Part shown: one piece after another, positions 26,730 to 35,426 of the stretch
Numbering within the stretch: position 1 is the first letter of the stretch
Layout of the letters: the number at the start of each line of letters is the position of its first letter
Origin: an uncultured Candidatus Rokubacteria bacterium
GTDB taxonomy: Bacteria; Methylomirabilota; Methylomirabilia; Rokubacteriales; CSP1-6
DNA length: 64,000 bases
Assembly (NCBI GenBank): GCA_963743355.1
Contig: CAVUPM010000004.1
Coordinates: 131,845 to 195,844 of the forward strand
Reading direction: 5' to 3'
Notes under the pieces: generated by a model
The model's database searches: none
What the model was told of the DNA's origin: nothing
What the model saw: only the letters and a program-made list of their open reading frames with translations
Position numbers and translations under genes: made by a program

Positions 26730-28024
26730 CTCGCCGCGCGCTCGCCGTCGCCGCGCTCCTGACCCTGCTGATCCCTGCCGCCGTCTTCGCGCAGCCGGCC
26801 GGCGTCACGCGCAGCCGCCTGCCCAACGGTCTCACCGTGATCGTGCGAGAAAACCCGGCCGCGCCCGTCGTCGCCTACTCGCTCCTGGTGACGATGGGCA
26901 CGCGCACGGAGACACCGGACACCGCCGGCATCTCGAACATGCTGCAGCTCATGCTGGTGCGCGGCACCGAGAAGATGAACGGCGAGCAGATCGCCGCCGC
27001 CGCCGACCGGATGGGCGGCAGCATCGACGCCTACGGCGACGCCGACTACTCCGAGATCACCGCCACCGCGCTCTCGCGCAACTGGCTGCCCATGCTCGAG
27101 CTGGTCGCCGACGTCGCCCTCCGCCCCACCGTGCCGGACGGCACCGTGCGCGCCGTGCGCGACTTCATCGTGCGGCAGATCAGGAACCGCGGCGAGAAGC
27201 CCTTCGACGTCGCCGCCGACCGGATGCGGGCCGCGCTCTTCGGCGCCCATCCCTACGCCTGGGATCCGCTCGGCCGCCGGGAGAGCGTGGAGAAGCTCAC
27301 GCGGGACGCGCTCCTGGCCCACTACCGGCGCCAGTACGTCCCCGGATCAGATGGTGCTGGCCGTGAGCGGCGATGTGAAGGGCGCCGACGTGCTCGCGCG
27401 AGGTTCAACGCCTGTTCGGCAGCGCTGCCGCCGGGGAAGGCGCCGACGCCGTCGCTGCCCGCGCCGCCTCCGATGGCGGCCACGCGCGAGGTGTTCGCGG
27501 TGCCGGGCGCGCAGGCGCAGATCTTCATGGCCGCGCTCGCGCCGCCGCTCACGCATCCCGACTACCCCGCGCTCAAGGTCATGACCGCGATTCTCGGCGG
27601 CGGGATGGCGTCGCGCTTCTTCTCCGACCTGCGCGACACGCAGGCGCTGGCGTACTCGACGGGGACCCAGTACCCCCCGCGCCTGGACACGAGCGCCTTC
27701 GTGGCCATCCTGGGAACGGCGCCGGCGAACGTGCCGAAGGCCGAGGCCGCGCTCAAGGAGCACCTCGCGCGCATCCAGAACGAGCCGGCGTCGGCCGAGG
27801 AGGTGGCGGTCGCCCGCTCCTACGTGGTCGGCAGCCAGGCGATGGACCGCCGCACGAACGCGCGGCAGGCCTGGTATCTGGCCGCCGCCGAGCTGGCCGG
27901 GGTGGGCTACGAGTTCTTCGACGTCTACGCGGCCAACGTCAAGAAGGTCACGCCCGCCGACGTGCAGCGCGTGGCCAAGCAGTATCTCGGCGTGCTGCGC
28001 ACGGTCATCGTCCAGCCGCAGTGA
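26726..28024 (+). CDS. M16 family peptidase-like protein (non-catalytic partner, no HxxEH) with a garbled ~80-nt stretch
   Basis: 432-aa open frame with a signal peptide and M16 architecture. Between about 27344 and 27421 the family-like sequence (DQMVLAVSGDVKGADVLA, EVQRLFG, ALPPGKAP) steps through all three frames. The three shifts restore the original frame. Confidence 0.8.
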   Translation: MTRRALAVAALLTLLIPAAVFAQPAGVTRSRLPNGLTVIVRENPAAPVVAYSLLVTMGTRTETPDTAGISNMLQLMLVRGTEKMNGEQIAAAADRMGGSIDAYGDADYSEITATALSRNWLPMLELVADVALRPTVPDGTVRAVRDFIVRQIRNRGEKPFDVAADRMRAALFGAHPYAWDPLGRRESVEKLTRDALLAHYRRQYVPGSDGAGRERRCEGRRRARARFNACSAALPPGKAPTPSLPAPPPMAATREVFAVPGAQAQIFMAALAPPLTHPDYPALKVMTAILGGGMASRFFSDLRDTQALAYSTGTQYPPRLDTSAFVAILGTAPANVPKAEAALKEHLARIQNEPASAEEVAVARSYVVGSQAMDRRTNARQAWYLAAAELAGVGYEFFDVYAANVKKVTPADVQRVAKQYLGVLRTVIVQPQ

Positions 28025-28040
28025 ACGACTTCGGGGGGGC

Positions 28041-28059
28041 GCGGGTGGCGTCCGCCCGC
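28041..28059. terminator. hairpin between convergent gene ends
   Basis: GCGGGTGG-cgt-CCGCCCGC gives an 8-bp stem with one G-T pair. It lies between the M16 stop (28024) and the B12-subunit stop (28122). There is no T-tract. Confidence 0.3.
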
Positions 28060-28121
28060 ACCTCGTCCAGGCGCGAGATTGCACGGGACCTGCCGCGGGA
28101 TCGCGAGCGTGAGTCGCTCGC

Positions 28122-28502
28122 CTAGCCTCCGGGGCTGCCGAAGAACTTCACGATCTCCGGCAGTGGCGTGCCCATCGGGAAGACGCGGCTCACCCCGAGC
28201 GCCTCCAGGGCCGGCACGTCGCGAGGCGGGATCGTGCCGCCGACGACCACGCGGATCTCGCCCGCCCCCTGGGCACGCAGGCCGTCGATGATCCGCCGCG
28301 CGAGCGTGAGGTGGGCGCCCGAGAGGATCGACAGCCCCACCACGTCCACGTCCTCCTGGACGGCCTCGGCCACGATCTCCTCCGGCGTGCGCTTGAGGCC
28401 GGAGTAGACCACCTCCACGCCGGCATCGCGCAGCGCGTAGGCCACGACCTTGGCCCCGCGGTCGTGGCCGTCGAGCCCGGGCTTGGCGACGAGAACCTTC
28501 AT
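28122..28502 (-). CDS. cobalamin-binding subunit of acyl-CoA mutase
   Basis: 126 aa. It contains [14 protein letters not shown] (the DxHxxG B12-binding motif) and GLSILSGAH. Confidence 0.9.
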   Translation of the reverse strand: MKVLVAKPGLDGHDRGAKVVAYALRDAGVEVVYSGLKRTPEEIVAEAVQEDVDVVGLSILSGAHLTLARRIIDGLRAQGAGEIRVVVGGTIPPRDVPALEALGVSRVFPMGTPLPEIVKFFGSPGG

Positions 28503-28990
28503 GCGCGCGTCACCGGGGGGATCTCCAGGGTCAACAGCTCGGCGTGCACGCGCGCGCCCGTCACGGTCAGGCGCGCGAGCGAGATCGGCAGCTTGAAGCG
28601 CCGGGGCCCGGCGCTGCCCGGGTTCAGGTAGAGCACGCCGTCGCGCTCGTCCAGGCGCGGCTGGTGGCTGTGGCCGGCGATGACGGCCGCGAAGCCGGCC
28701 GCGCGCGGATCGAGGTCGAGCTCGTGCAGGTCGTGCAGGACGTAGAGCGACACGCCGCCGATCTCGACGACCTCGGTCTCCGGGATGCCGGCCGCCCACC
28801 TCTCGCGGTCGTTGTTGCCGCGCACGGCCGAGACGGGCGCGATGCGCTCGAGCGCGGTCAGGACGTCGCGGCTGCCGATGTCGCCGGCGTGCACGATGCG
28901 CTCCACGCCCCCCAGCGCCGCCACCGCCTCGGGCCGCAGCAGGCCGTGGGTGTCGGAGATCACGCCGACGGCGTGAACGCGGGGAGCCAT
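28499..28990 (-). CDS. metallophosphoesterase (YfcE/MJ0936 family)
   Basis: 163 aa with ISDTHG, HAGDIG, GNND and GHSH motifs. The stop overlaps the start of the B12 subunit gene. Confidence 0.88.
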   Translation of the reverse strand: MAPRVHAVGVISDTHGLLRPEAVAALGGVERIVHAGDIGSRDVLTALERIAPVSAVRGNNDRERWAAGIPETEVVEIGGVSLYVLHDLHELDLDPRAAGFAAVIAGHSHQPRLDERDGVLYLNPGSAGPRRFKLPISLARLTVTGARVHAELLTLEIPPVTRA

Positions 28991-29391
28991 CGCGGATTGC
29001 CTTTCGGATCGGGATCGACCGCCAGCGGCTTCAGGCGCACCCGCTGGCCGATCGTCACCCGCGCGGGGTCGGCGTCGAGCAGGATCGAGAAGAGGCGATG
29101 CTCGCCGAGCTTCACGATGGCGAAGACACGGGGGCCGTTGAAGCCGGCCGGCAGCCCGGTCTCCTGCACGGTGAAGGCGTGGACCGTCCCCTCCTCCGGC
29201 AGGTCCACCCAGGCGAAGGCGTCGCTGCCGCACTCGGCGCAGAAGCCGCGCGGCGGCCACGCCGTGCGCTGGCAGCCCGCGCACCGCGTCGTGCTGAGCC
29301 GCCCCTGCCCCAGTCGCGCGTAGAACTCGTGCAGCTTCGTGAAGTCGGCGGCCTCCAGCGGGAACGGATCGGTCGCGCGGAAGTAGCTCAC
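28960..29391 (-). CDS. Zn-ribbon/OB-fold protein (DUF35 family)
   Basis: 143 aa. It has a CAGC...CAEC rubredoxin-like zinc ribbon followed by an OB-fold segment. This family usually partners SCP-x type thiolases. Confidence 0.85.
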   Translation of the reverse strand: MSYFRATDPFPLEAADFTKLHEFYARLGQGRLSTTRCAGCQRTAWPPRGFCAECGSDAFAWVDLPEEGTVHAFTVQETGLPAGFNGPRVFAIVKLGEHRLFSILLDADPARVTIGQRVRLKPLAVDPDPKGNPRWLPAFTPSA

Positions 29392-29401
29392 GAGATCATC
29401 A

Positions 29402-29472
29402 CGTGGGGGGCCCCGACATGGCCCCCCACGCCCCCCGCGCTCGGAGCGCCCCGGGGAACCCGGGGGCGCTCC
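29402..29472. repeat. two GC-rich hairpins (REP-like) in an operon-internal gap
   Basis: The first is CGTGGGGGGCC-ccgacat-GGCCCCCCACG (29402-29430). The second is GGAGCGCCCC-10 nt-GGGGCGCTCC (29443-29472). The first shares the 10-mer GTGGGGGGCC with 14781. Confidence 0.7.
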
Positions 29473-29488
29473 TCGATCATCCGCGCGG

Positions 29489-30850
29489 TCATGGCACCAC
29501 CGGCCACGCGCTCTGGACCGGGACGCCGGCGCGGCGCACGTGCTCGCGGCTCAGTCGCTCCACGCGCTCGTAGAGGGCGCGCTCGTCCACCGTCGTCAGC
29601 CGGCCCTCGTCGAGCACGACGCGGCCGTCGATCAGCACGGTGCGCACGCTGGCGCCGCTGGCCGCGTAGACGAGGTTGTTGACCGGGTTCAGCAGGGGCC
29701 GCCACTCCGGCGTGTCGAGGTCGTAGAGCACCAGGTCGGCGCGCTTGCCCGGCTCGATGGAGCCGATCTGCCGCTCCAGCAGCAGCGCCTCGGCGCCGCG
29801 GAGGGTCCCCATCTCCAGGACGCGCTCGGCCGGCAGCACGCCCACGTCGTTGCGGGCGTCCTTGTAGACCGTCGCCGCCAGGTACATCAGCCGCAGCATG
29901 TCGAAGTGGTTGGAGCCGTTGCCGCTGTCGCCGCCGAGCGAGACGCACACGCCGGCGTCCACCATCTCGGGGAAGCGCCCATGCGCGGCCAGGCCCTTGG
30001 TGTGCTTGAGCCCGGCCGTCGGGCAGTGGGCGACCTTGACGCCCCGGCGGGCGAGCAACGCGATGCCGGCGTCGTCGACGTAGACCATGTGCGCGAGCTT
30101 GGTCCTCGCGTCCAGCACGCCGAGCGCGTCGAGGCGCGCGAGCGGGATCGTGTCGCGGCTCGGCCGCGAGGGATGGAGCGCGCTCTGCATCATCCCCCAG
30201 CCGACCCCGTGGCGCGCCGCCAGCGCGTGCGCGCCCTGGATCAGCGCCTCCGAGCAGGTGCCGAAGCCGAGCAGCAGGGGCCAGGCGCCGAGGCGGCCGT
30301 CGGCGCGGCCGTGCACCTTGCCGAGCACGTCCTCCGTGAAGGCCAGCGCCTCGCTCGTCGTCTGCTTCATGCGCCCGGTCTGGCCGTCCAGGTCCCACGT
30401 CCAGCGGCCCAGGATCGCGCGCATCCCCACCTGCTCCACCGCGTCGGCGACGGCGGCCACGTCGAAGAGCGTGCCGGCCTCGCAGAACGTCGTGGTGCCG
30501 GTGCGGATCATCTCCACGCAGGCCAGCAGCGCCGCCGCCTGCTCCTCCTCCGGCGTGACCGTGGAGTACAGCGGCAGCAGCCAGTCGGGCAGGTAGCGCG
30601 GCACCGGGACGTCGTCGAGCATGAGGCCACGGCTGAGGTGCTCGGTGAGGTGCACGTGGGTGTCGACGAAGCCCGGCGCGACGAGATACCGGCGGCCGTC
30701 GATCACGCGGTCCGGCGGCCGCGGCGGACGGATCGAGCCGGCCGGCCCGACCTGCACGATGTCGCGGCCGTCCACCAGCACCGAGCCGTCGGCCAGGATC
30801 CGCCGGGCGGCGTCGACCGTCAGGACCGTCGCGTGCTCGATGAGGATCAC
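29489..30850 (-). CDS. amidohydrolase (chlorohydrolase / aminohydrolase subgroup)
   Basis: 453 aa. It has the GFVDTHVHLTEH metal-binding HxH motif, and its length and later His/Asp blocks fit the TRZ/ATZ-SsnA type. Confidence 0.85.
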   Translation of the reverse strand: MILIEHATVLTVDAARRILADGSVLVDGRDIVQVGPAGSIRPPRPPDRVIDGRRYLVAPGFVDTHVHLTEHLSRGLMLDDVPVPRYLPDWLLPLYSTVTPEEEQAAALLACVEMIRTGTTTFCEAGTLFDVAAVADAVEQVGMRAILGRWTWDLDGQTGRMKQTTSEALAFTEDVLGKVHGRADGRLGAWPLLLGFGTCSEALIQGAHALAARHGVGWGMMQSALHPSRPSRDTIPLARLDALGVLDARTKLAHMVYVDDAGIALLARRGVKVAHCPTAGLKHTKGLAAHGRFPEMVDAGVCVSLGGDSGNGSNHFDMLRLMYLAATVYKDARNDVGVLPAERVLEMGTLRGAEALLLERQIGSIEPGKRADLVLYDLDTPEWRPLLNPVNNLVYAASGASVRTVLIDGRVVLDEGRLTTVDERALYERVERLSREHVRRAGVPVQSAWPVVP

Positions 30851-31803
30851 GGCCGCCGCTCGGTTCGCAGGCGGCGCAGCAGCGCCCGCACCTTGTCGGT
30901 CTCGAACGCCTCGCGCCGGTCGCCGGCGTAGTCGAAGAACCCCCGCCCCGTCTTGGGCCCCAGCTCGTTGCGCGCCATCTTCTCCTCGACGAGCCGGGCC
31001 GGCTTGAACCGCTCGTCGCCGAGCGCCTCGGTCATGTAGCGGCTGGCGCGATACAGGATGTCCACGCCGCCCCAGTCGATGAACTCGAAGATCCCGATCG
31101 ACGCGTAACGAAATCCCATGCCCGCCTTGAACGCGCGATCGACGTCCTCGGGCGTGGCGACGCCCTCCTCGACCAGCCGCACCGCCTCGTTCATCAGCAG
31201 CACCTGCAGCCGGGGACCGATGAAGCCGGGCGAGTCGCCGCAGCGGACCGGCGTCTTCCCGAGACTCTCCAGCAGCGCCAGCGTGCGGTCGACCGTCGCC
31301 GGCGCCGTCCGCGGGCCGGGCACCACGTCCACGAGCGGGATGATGTGGGCGGGGTTCAGCCAGTGCGCGACCAGGAAGCGCTCCGGGCGCTCCACCGCGT
31401 CGCAGACGTGCGAGGGCGAGATGGTGGACGAGCCCGAGGCGATGATGGCGTCGGCGTCGACGACGCCGTTCAGGCGGGCGAGCGCGGCCTGCTTGAGCGG
31501 GACCGACTCCGGCAGCGCCTCCTGCACGAAGCCGCAGCCCTTCAGCGCCTCGAGCCCGATCCGCTCCTCGATCCGCCCCAGCACGGCGGCCGACTCGGCC
31601 TCGCCGATCACCTGCTCCTCGACCATCAGGCCGACATCGCGCACGATCTCGCGCCGGGCATCGGCCAGCGCCCGCTCGGCCTCGGCCACCGGGCGCCCTT
31701 CCTTCACGTCGACGAGGCGCACCGGGCAGCCGCCCAGCGCGAATGCCAGTGCGATCTGGCGTCCGATCCGCCCGGGCCCGAGGACGGCGACGGTTGTAAT
31801 CAC
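30847..31803 (-). CDS. 3-hydroxyacyl-CoA dehydrogenase family protein
   Basis: GTG start overlapping the upstream stop (GTGA). It has a VAVLGPGRIGRQIALAFALGG Rossmann motif and an HWLNPAHIIPLVDVV block. Confidence 0.88.
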   Translation of the reverse strand: MITTVAVLGPGRIGRQIALAFALGGCPVRLVDVKEGRPVAEAERALADARREIVRDVGLMVEEQVIGEAESAAVLGRIEERIGLEALKGCGFVQEALPESVPLKQAALARLNGVVDADAIIASGSSTISPSHVCDAVERPERFLVAHWLNPAHIIPLVDVVPGPRTAPATVDRTLALLESLGKTPVRCGDSPGFIGPRLQVLLMNEAVRLVEEGVATPEDVDRAFKAGMGFRYASIGIFEFIDWGGVDILYRASRYMTEALGDERFKPARLVEEKMARNELGPKTGRGFFDYAGDRREAFETDKVRALLRRLRTERRP

Positions 31804-32969
31804 GCCGGGTCCTTGCCGTAGATCATCACCACGTGCTCGCCCATGCCGCTGTTGTTGTGGGTGAGGCCGATGGTGGCGGCCGGGACCTGGCGGGCGCCGG
31901 CCTCGTCCCGGAGCTGGACGAAGACCTCGGCCGCCTGGGCCACACCGGTGGCGCCCAGCGGATGACCGCAGCCGATCAGCCCGCCGCGTGGGTTGACGAC
32001 GACATCGCCTCCGTAGTCGCTGCGCCCGGCGTCGACGAACGGCCCCGCCTCGCCCTTGTCGCAGAACCCCAGCTCCTCGCAGGCGATCATCTCGGCGATC
32101 GCGAAGCAGTCGTGGACCTCGGCGAGGTCGACGTCCCTCGGCCCGATACCGGCCATCCGATAGGCGCCGGCGGCCGCGCGCTTCAGCGCCGGCCAGTGCG
32201 CGTAGTCCTCGTGCAGCGAGGTGAGCTGGAAGCCGTCGAGCGCCTGGCCGGTGCCGCGGATCCACACCGGCGTGTCGGTGAGGTCGCGCGCGCGCTCCGC
32301 GGACGCCAGCACGACGGCGGCGGCGCCGTCGGTGATCGGCGAGCACATGAAGAGGCGCAGCGGGCTCGAGATCATCCGCGAGCCGAGCACCTGGTCCAGC
32401 GTCGCGCCCTTGTTGAAGTGCGCGGTGGGGTTCTTCGACGCGTGGGTGTGGTTCTTCACGCCCACGCGCGCGAGCTGCTCCTCGGTGGTGCCGTACGCGG
32501 CCATGTGGCGCTGGGCGGCCAGCGCGAAGCACGGCGGGGCGGTGAGGCCGAAGGACGCCTCCCACTCGCGGTCCACGCCGGTGCCCATGTTGAGGATCGC
32601 CTCGTCGCCGCTCGGCTGGTTGAGTTTCTCCACGCCCAGCACCATCACGAGGTCGGCGAGGCCGGCGGCGATGAACGCGTAGGCGTAGCGGATGCCGACG
32701 GTGCCGGAGGCGCACATGTGCTCCGTCCGCGCGCTGAGCGTGCTGGGCCGGATCCCCAGCGCCTCGGCCGTCAGCGATGAAATATGGCTCTGGAAGGCCG
32801 TGCGCTCGGGCATGACGGAGCCGACCACGAGGCCGTCGAGGTCCTTCGGCCTCACGGCGGGCACCGAGTCGAAGCAGGCCTTGCCGGCCTCCCAGATGAG
32901 GTCGCGGTACGACGCCTTGCGGACGCCGAACTTCGTGACCCCGGCGCCGACCAGTGCGACTCGCTTCAT
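31800..32969 (-). CDS. thiolase-fold enzyme (SCP-x / lipid-transfer type acetyl-CoA acetyltransferase family)
   Basis: 389 aa with an active-site Cys region (HMCASGTVGIRYA) and a C-terminal GHPLGATG. Confidence 0.88.
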   Translation of the reverse strand: MKRVALVGAGVTKFGVRKASYRDLIWEAGKACFDSVPAVRPKDLDGLVVGSVMPERTAFQSHISSLTAEALGIRPSTLSARTEHMCASGTVGIRYAYAFIAAGLADLVMVLGVEKLNQPSGDEAILNMGTGVDREWEASFGLTAPPCFALAAQRHMAAYGTTEEQLARVGVKNHTHASKNPTAHFNKGATLDQVLGSRMISSPLRLFMCSPITDGAAAVVLASAERARDLTDTPVWIRGTGQALDGFQLTSLHEDYAHWPALKRAAAGAYRMAGIGPRDVDLAEVHDCFAIAEMIACEELGFCDKGEAGPFVDAGRSDYGGDVVVNPRGGLIGCGHPLGATGVAQAAEVFVQLRDEAGARQVPAATIGLTHNNSGMGEHVVMIYGKDPA

Positions 32970-33538
32970 GGCAGCTCTCCCCGGAGTCGCCGCGCGACGT
33001 GCGCGTGGCCCCGTTCCTCGGCGATCGTGAGCGCCGTCCGGCCGTCGTCCGCCCGGGCGTCGGCGGCGGCGCCGTGAGCGAGCAGCGTATTGACGATGGG
33101 GAGGTCGTCGCGGAACGCGGCGATGTGCAGCGGCGTGTAGCCACCGGCCGCCCGGGCGTTCACGTCGGCGCCCGCCGTCAGGAGCCGGCTGACGATCCGG
33201 AGGTCGCCGCGGCCGGCCAGCCCGGCGTGCAGCGCGGTGTTGGCTTCGTCGTTGTCGGAGCGCGCGCGCACGTCGGCGCGCGCCTCCACGAGCGCGTCCA
33301 CCGCGTCGCCGTGGCCGAAGTGCGCGGCCAGGTGCAGCGCGGGCCAGCCGTCCGGGCTCCGCCGCGCGAGTGCCGCCGGCTCGGCGCGGGCCAGCCCGCG
33401 TACGCGCGCGGCGTCGCCGAGCGCCGCGGCCTCGCACAAGGTGGGCGCCGTACCGGCGGCCAGCAACCGCTCGGCGGCGGCCCGGTCACCCCGGTAGACC
33501 GCGGCCAGGATCGGCGTGGGCGTCGTCATCGCCCGGCC
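32966..33538 (-). CDS. ankyrin-repeat protein
   Basis: 190 aa with repeated G-x-TPLH-like units (GWPALHLAAHFGHGDAVDALV, NTALHAGLA, GYTPLHIAAFRDDLPIVNTLL, GRTALTIAEERGH). Both ends overlap the neighbouring genes. Confidence 0.85.
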   Translation of the reverse strand, partial: GRAMTTPTPILAAVYRGDRAAAERLLAAGTAPTLCEAAALGDAARVRGLARAEPAALARRSPDGWPALHLAAHFGHGDAVDALVEARADVRARSDNDEANTALHAGLAGRGDLRIVSRLLTAGADVNARAAGGYTPLHIAAFRDDLPIVNTLLAHGAAADARADDGRTALTIAEERGHAHVARRLRGELP

Positions 33539-34200
33539 CCCGTGAGGAAGTCGGCCGCCTCGGCCAGCGTGCGGAACTCGTGGTCGGGGCCCCGGTCGTC
33601 GAGCGGCCGCTCGCCCTTGCGATTGATCCAGGCCGACGCGATGCCGAGCGCGCGGGCCGGCTGCACGTCGTGGAAGTAGCTCTGCGCCACGTGCAGCCAG
33701 GACGCCCCGGCAATCCGCGTCCGGGCCGCCGTGAAGTGGCCCGGCGCCGGCTTGTAGGAGCCGACCTGCTGGGCCGTGATGACGGCGTCGAAATCCACGG
33801 CCAGGTGACGCCGCGTGCCGGCGATGAGATCGTCGTCCACGTTCGACAGGATCATCAGTCGATGGCCGGCGGCCTTCAGCCGGCGGAGCGCATCGTTGGT
33901 GTCCGGGAACGGCGGCCAGGTCGGCAGGCTGTCGGGCAGGAACGCCTCCCGCCCCGGGGCCAGGGTCCAGCCGAGACGCTCGGCGACGGCCCGCGCGGCG
34001 AGGGCGAGGACGTCGCGGTAGCGCCGATAGCGCTCGGCCTGCACCCGCGGCTCGAGCTCGTGGTACGCGCGGAGGATGGCGGCCCGATCCAGCGTGACGC
34101 CGTCGGCGCGGGCGGCCGCCTCGAACGCCTCGCCGATGCCACGCTCCCAGTCGATCAGGGTGCCGTAGCAGTCGAAGGTCAGGACATCGACACCCCTCAT
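33526..34200 (-). CDS. HAD-superfamily hydrolase, haloacid dehalogenase type II-like
   Basis: 224 aa with LTFDCYGTLIDW (motif I), ILSNVDDD, and SYKP...SWLHVAQS. Confidence 0.85.
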   Translation of the reverse strand: MRGVDVLTFDCYGTLIDWERGIGEAFEAAARADGVTLDRAAILRAYHELEPRVQAERYRRYRDVLALAARAVAERLGWTLAPGREAFLPDSLPTWPPFPDTNDALRRLKAAGHRLMILSNVDDDLIAGTRRHLAVDFDAVITAQQVGSYKPAPGHFTAARTRIAGASWLHVAQSYFHDVQPARALGIASAWINRKGERPLDDRGPDHEFRTLAEAADFLTGAGR

Positions 34201-35357
34201 GCGAAGGCGGCTCCACGGTCCCAGTCCAGCTCGCGGCCGATCACCAGGCGGAGGATCTCCGAGGTGCCGCCGCCCGGCAGCAGGAAGCGCGCGTCCCGGA
34301 AATAGCGCTGCACGGGATACTCCATCGCCAGGCCGTAGGAGGCGAAGACGCGCGCGGCCTCGTCGGTGATCCGCACCGCGGTCTCGGAGGCGAAGAGCTT
34401 GGCCATGGCGGCCTCGCGACCGATCGGGCGACCGGCGTCGAGCCGCGCCGCCGCCTGGTACGTCATCAGCGCCGCCGCCTGCAGCGAGGTCAGCATGTCG
34501 GCGAGCTTGAACGCGATCGCCTGGTGCTCGCCGATCGGCTTGCCGAACGCCCGGCGCTCGCGCGCGTACACGAGCGCCGCACCGTAGGCGGCGCGCGCCA
34601 GTCCCACCGAGAGGGCGGCGGTCATGATCCGGATCTCGGCCAGGATGGACCCGATCTTGTCGACCCCGCCCGTCTCGCCGCCGAGCAGGTGCTCGTCGGG
34701 CACCTCCACGTCCTCGAGGAGGATCTCCCCCGTCACCGAGGCCCGCACCGCCATCTTGTCGATGGCCTTCCCCAGCGTGATCCCCCGCATGGTGCCGCGG
34801 TCCAGCAGGAACAGCGCGATGTTCTCGAGCCCGCGCTCGCCCGACGTCTTGGCGGCCACCGTCAGCAGGTCGGCCACCGGGGCGTTGGTCACCCACGTCT
34901 TGGTGCCGCGCAGCACCCACCGGTCGCCGCGCCGCTCCGCCCGCGTCGTGATGCCGGCGACGTCGGAGCCGGCGTTCGGCTCGGTCAGCGCGAACGTCGC
35001 GACGAGGTCGCCGCGCAGCGCCGGCGTCAGGTACCGGGCCCGGAGCGCCTCCGAGCCGTACTTGTAGACGAAGTACGTGCCCATGAGCGACTGCATGGCC
35101 GCGGCCGCCGCCACCGAGAGGGAGCCGCGGGCCAGCTCCTCCGCGAACAGGCAGTACGTCACCATGTCCGCGTCGGCGCCGCCGTACTGCTCGGGATAGC
35201 GCAGCCCCAGCCAGCCCTGGGCGCCGATGCGCTTGAAGACCTCGCGCGGGAACTCACCGCGCTCGTCGATGGCGTCGGCCTGCGGCGCCACCTCGGCGTC
35301 GACGAACCGCGCGACGGTCCGGCGAAAGTCCTCCTGCTCGGCGGTGAAGGAGATCAC
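34197..35357 (-). CDS. acyl-CoA dehydrogenase
   Basis: 386 aa with ALTEPNAGSD, the GTKTWVTNA block and a C-terminal GGTSEI. Confidence 0.92.
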   Translation of the reverse strand: MISFTAEQEDFRRTVARFVDAEVAPQADAIDERGEFPREVFKRIGAQGWLGLRYPEQYGGADADMVTYCLFAEELARGSLSVAAAAAMQSLMGTYFVYKYGSEALRARYLTPALRGDLVATFALTEPNAGSDVAGITTRAERRGDRWVLRGTKTWVTNAPVADLLTVAAKTSGERGLENIALFLLDRGTMRGITLGKAIDKMAVRASVTGEILLEDVEVPDEHLLGGETGGVDKIGSILAEIRIMTAALSVGLARAAYGAALVYARERRAFGKPIGEHQAIAFKLADMLTSLQAAALMTYQAAARLDAGRPIGREAAMAKLFASETAVRITDEAARVFASYGLAMEYPVQRYFRDARFLLPGGGTSEILRLVIGRELDWDRGAAFA

Positions 35358-35426
35358 GCGGAGCTTCGCTCCTTTGACTGTTGTAGCGGGTGCCGCGAGG
35401 TCGCCTCGGGACGCAGGTGGCCTGTT

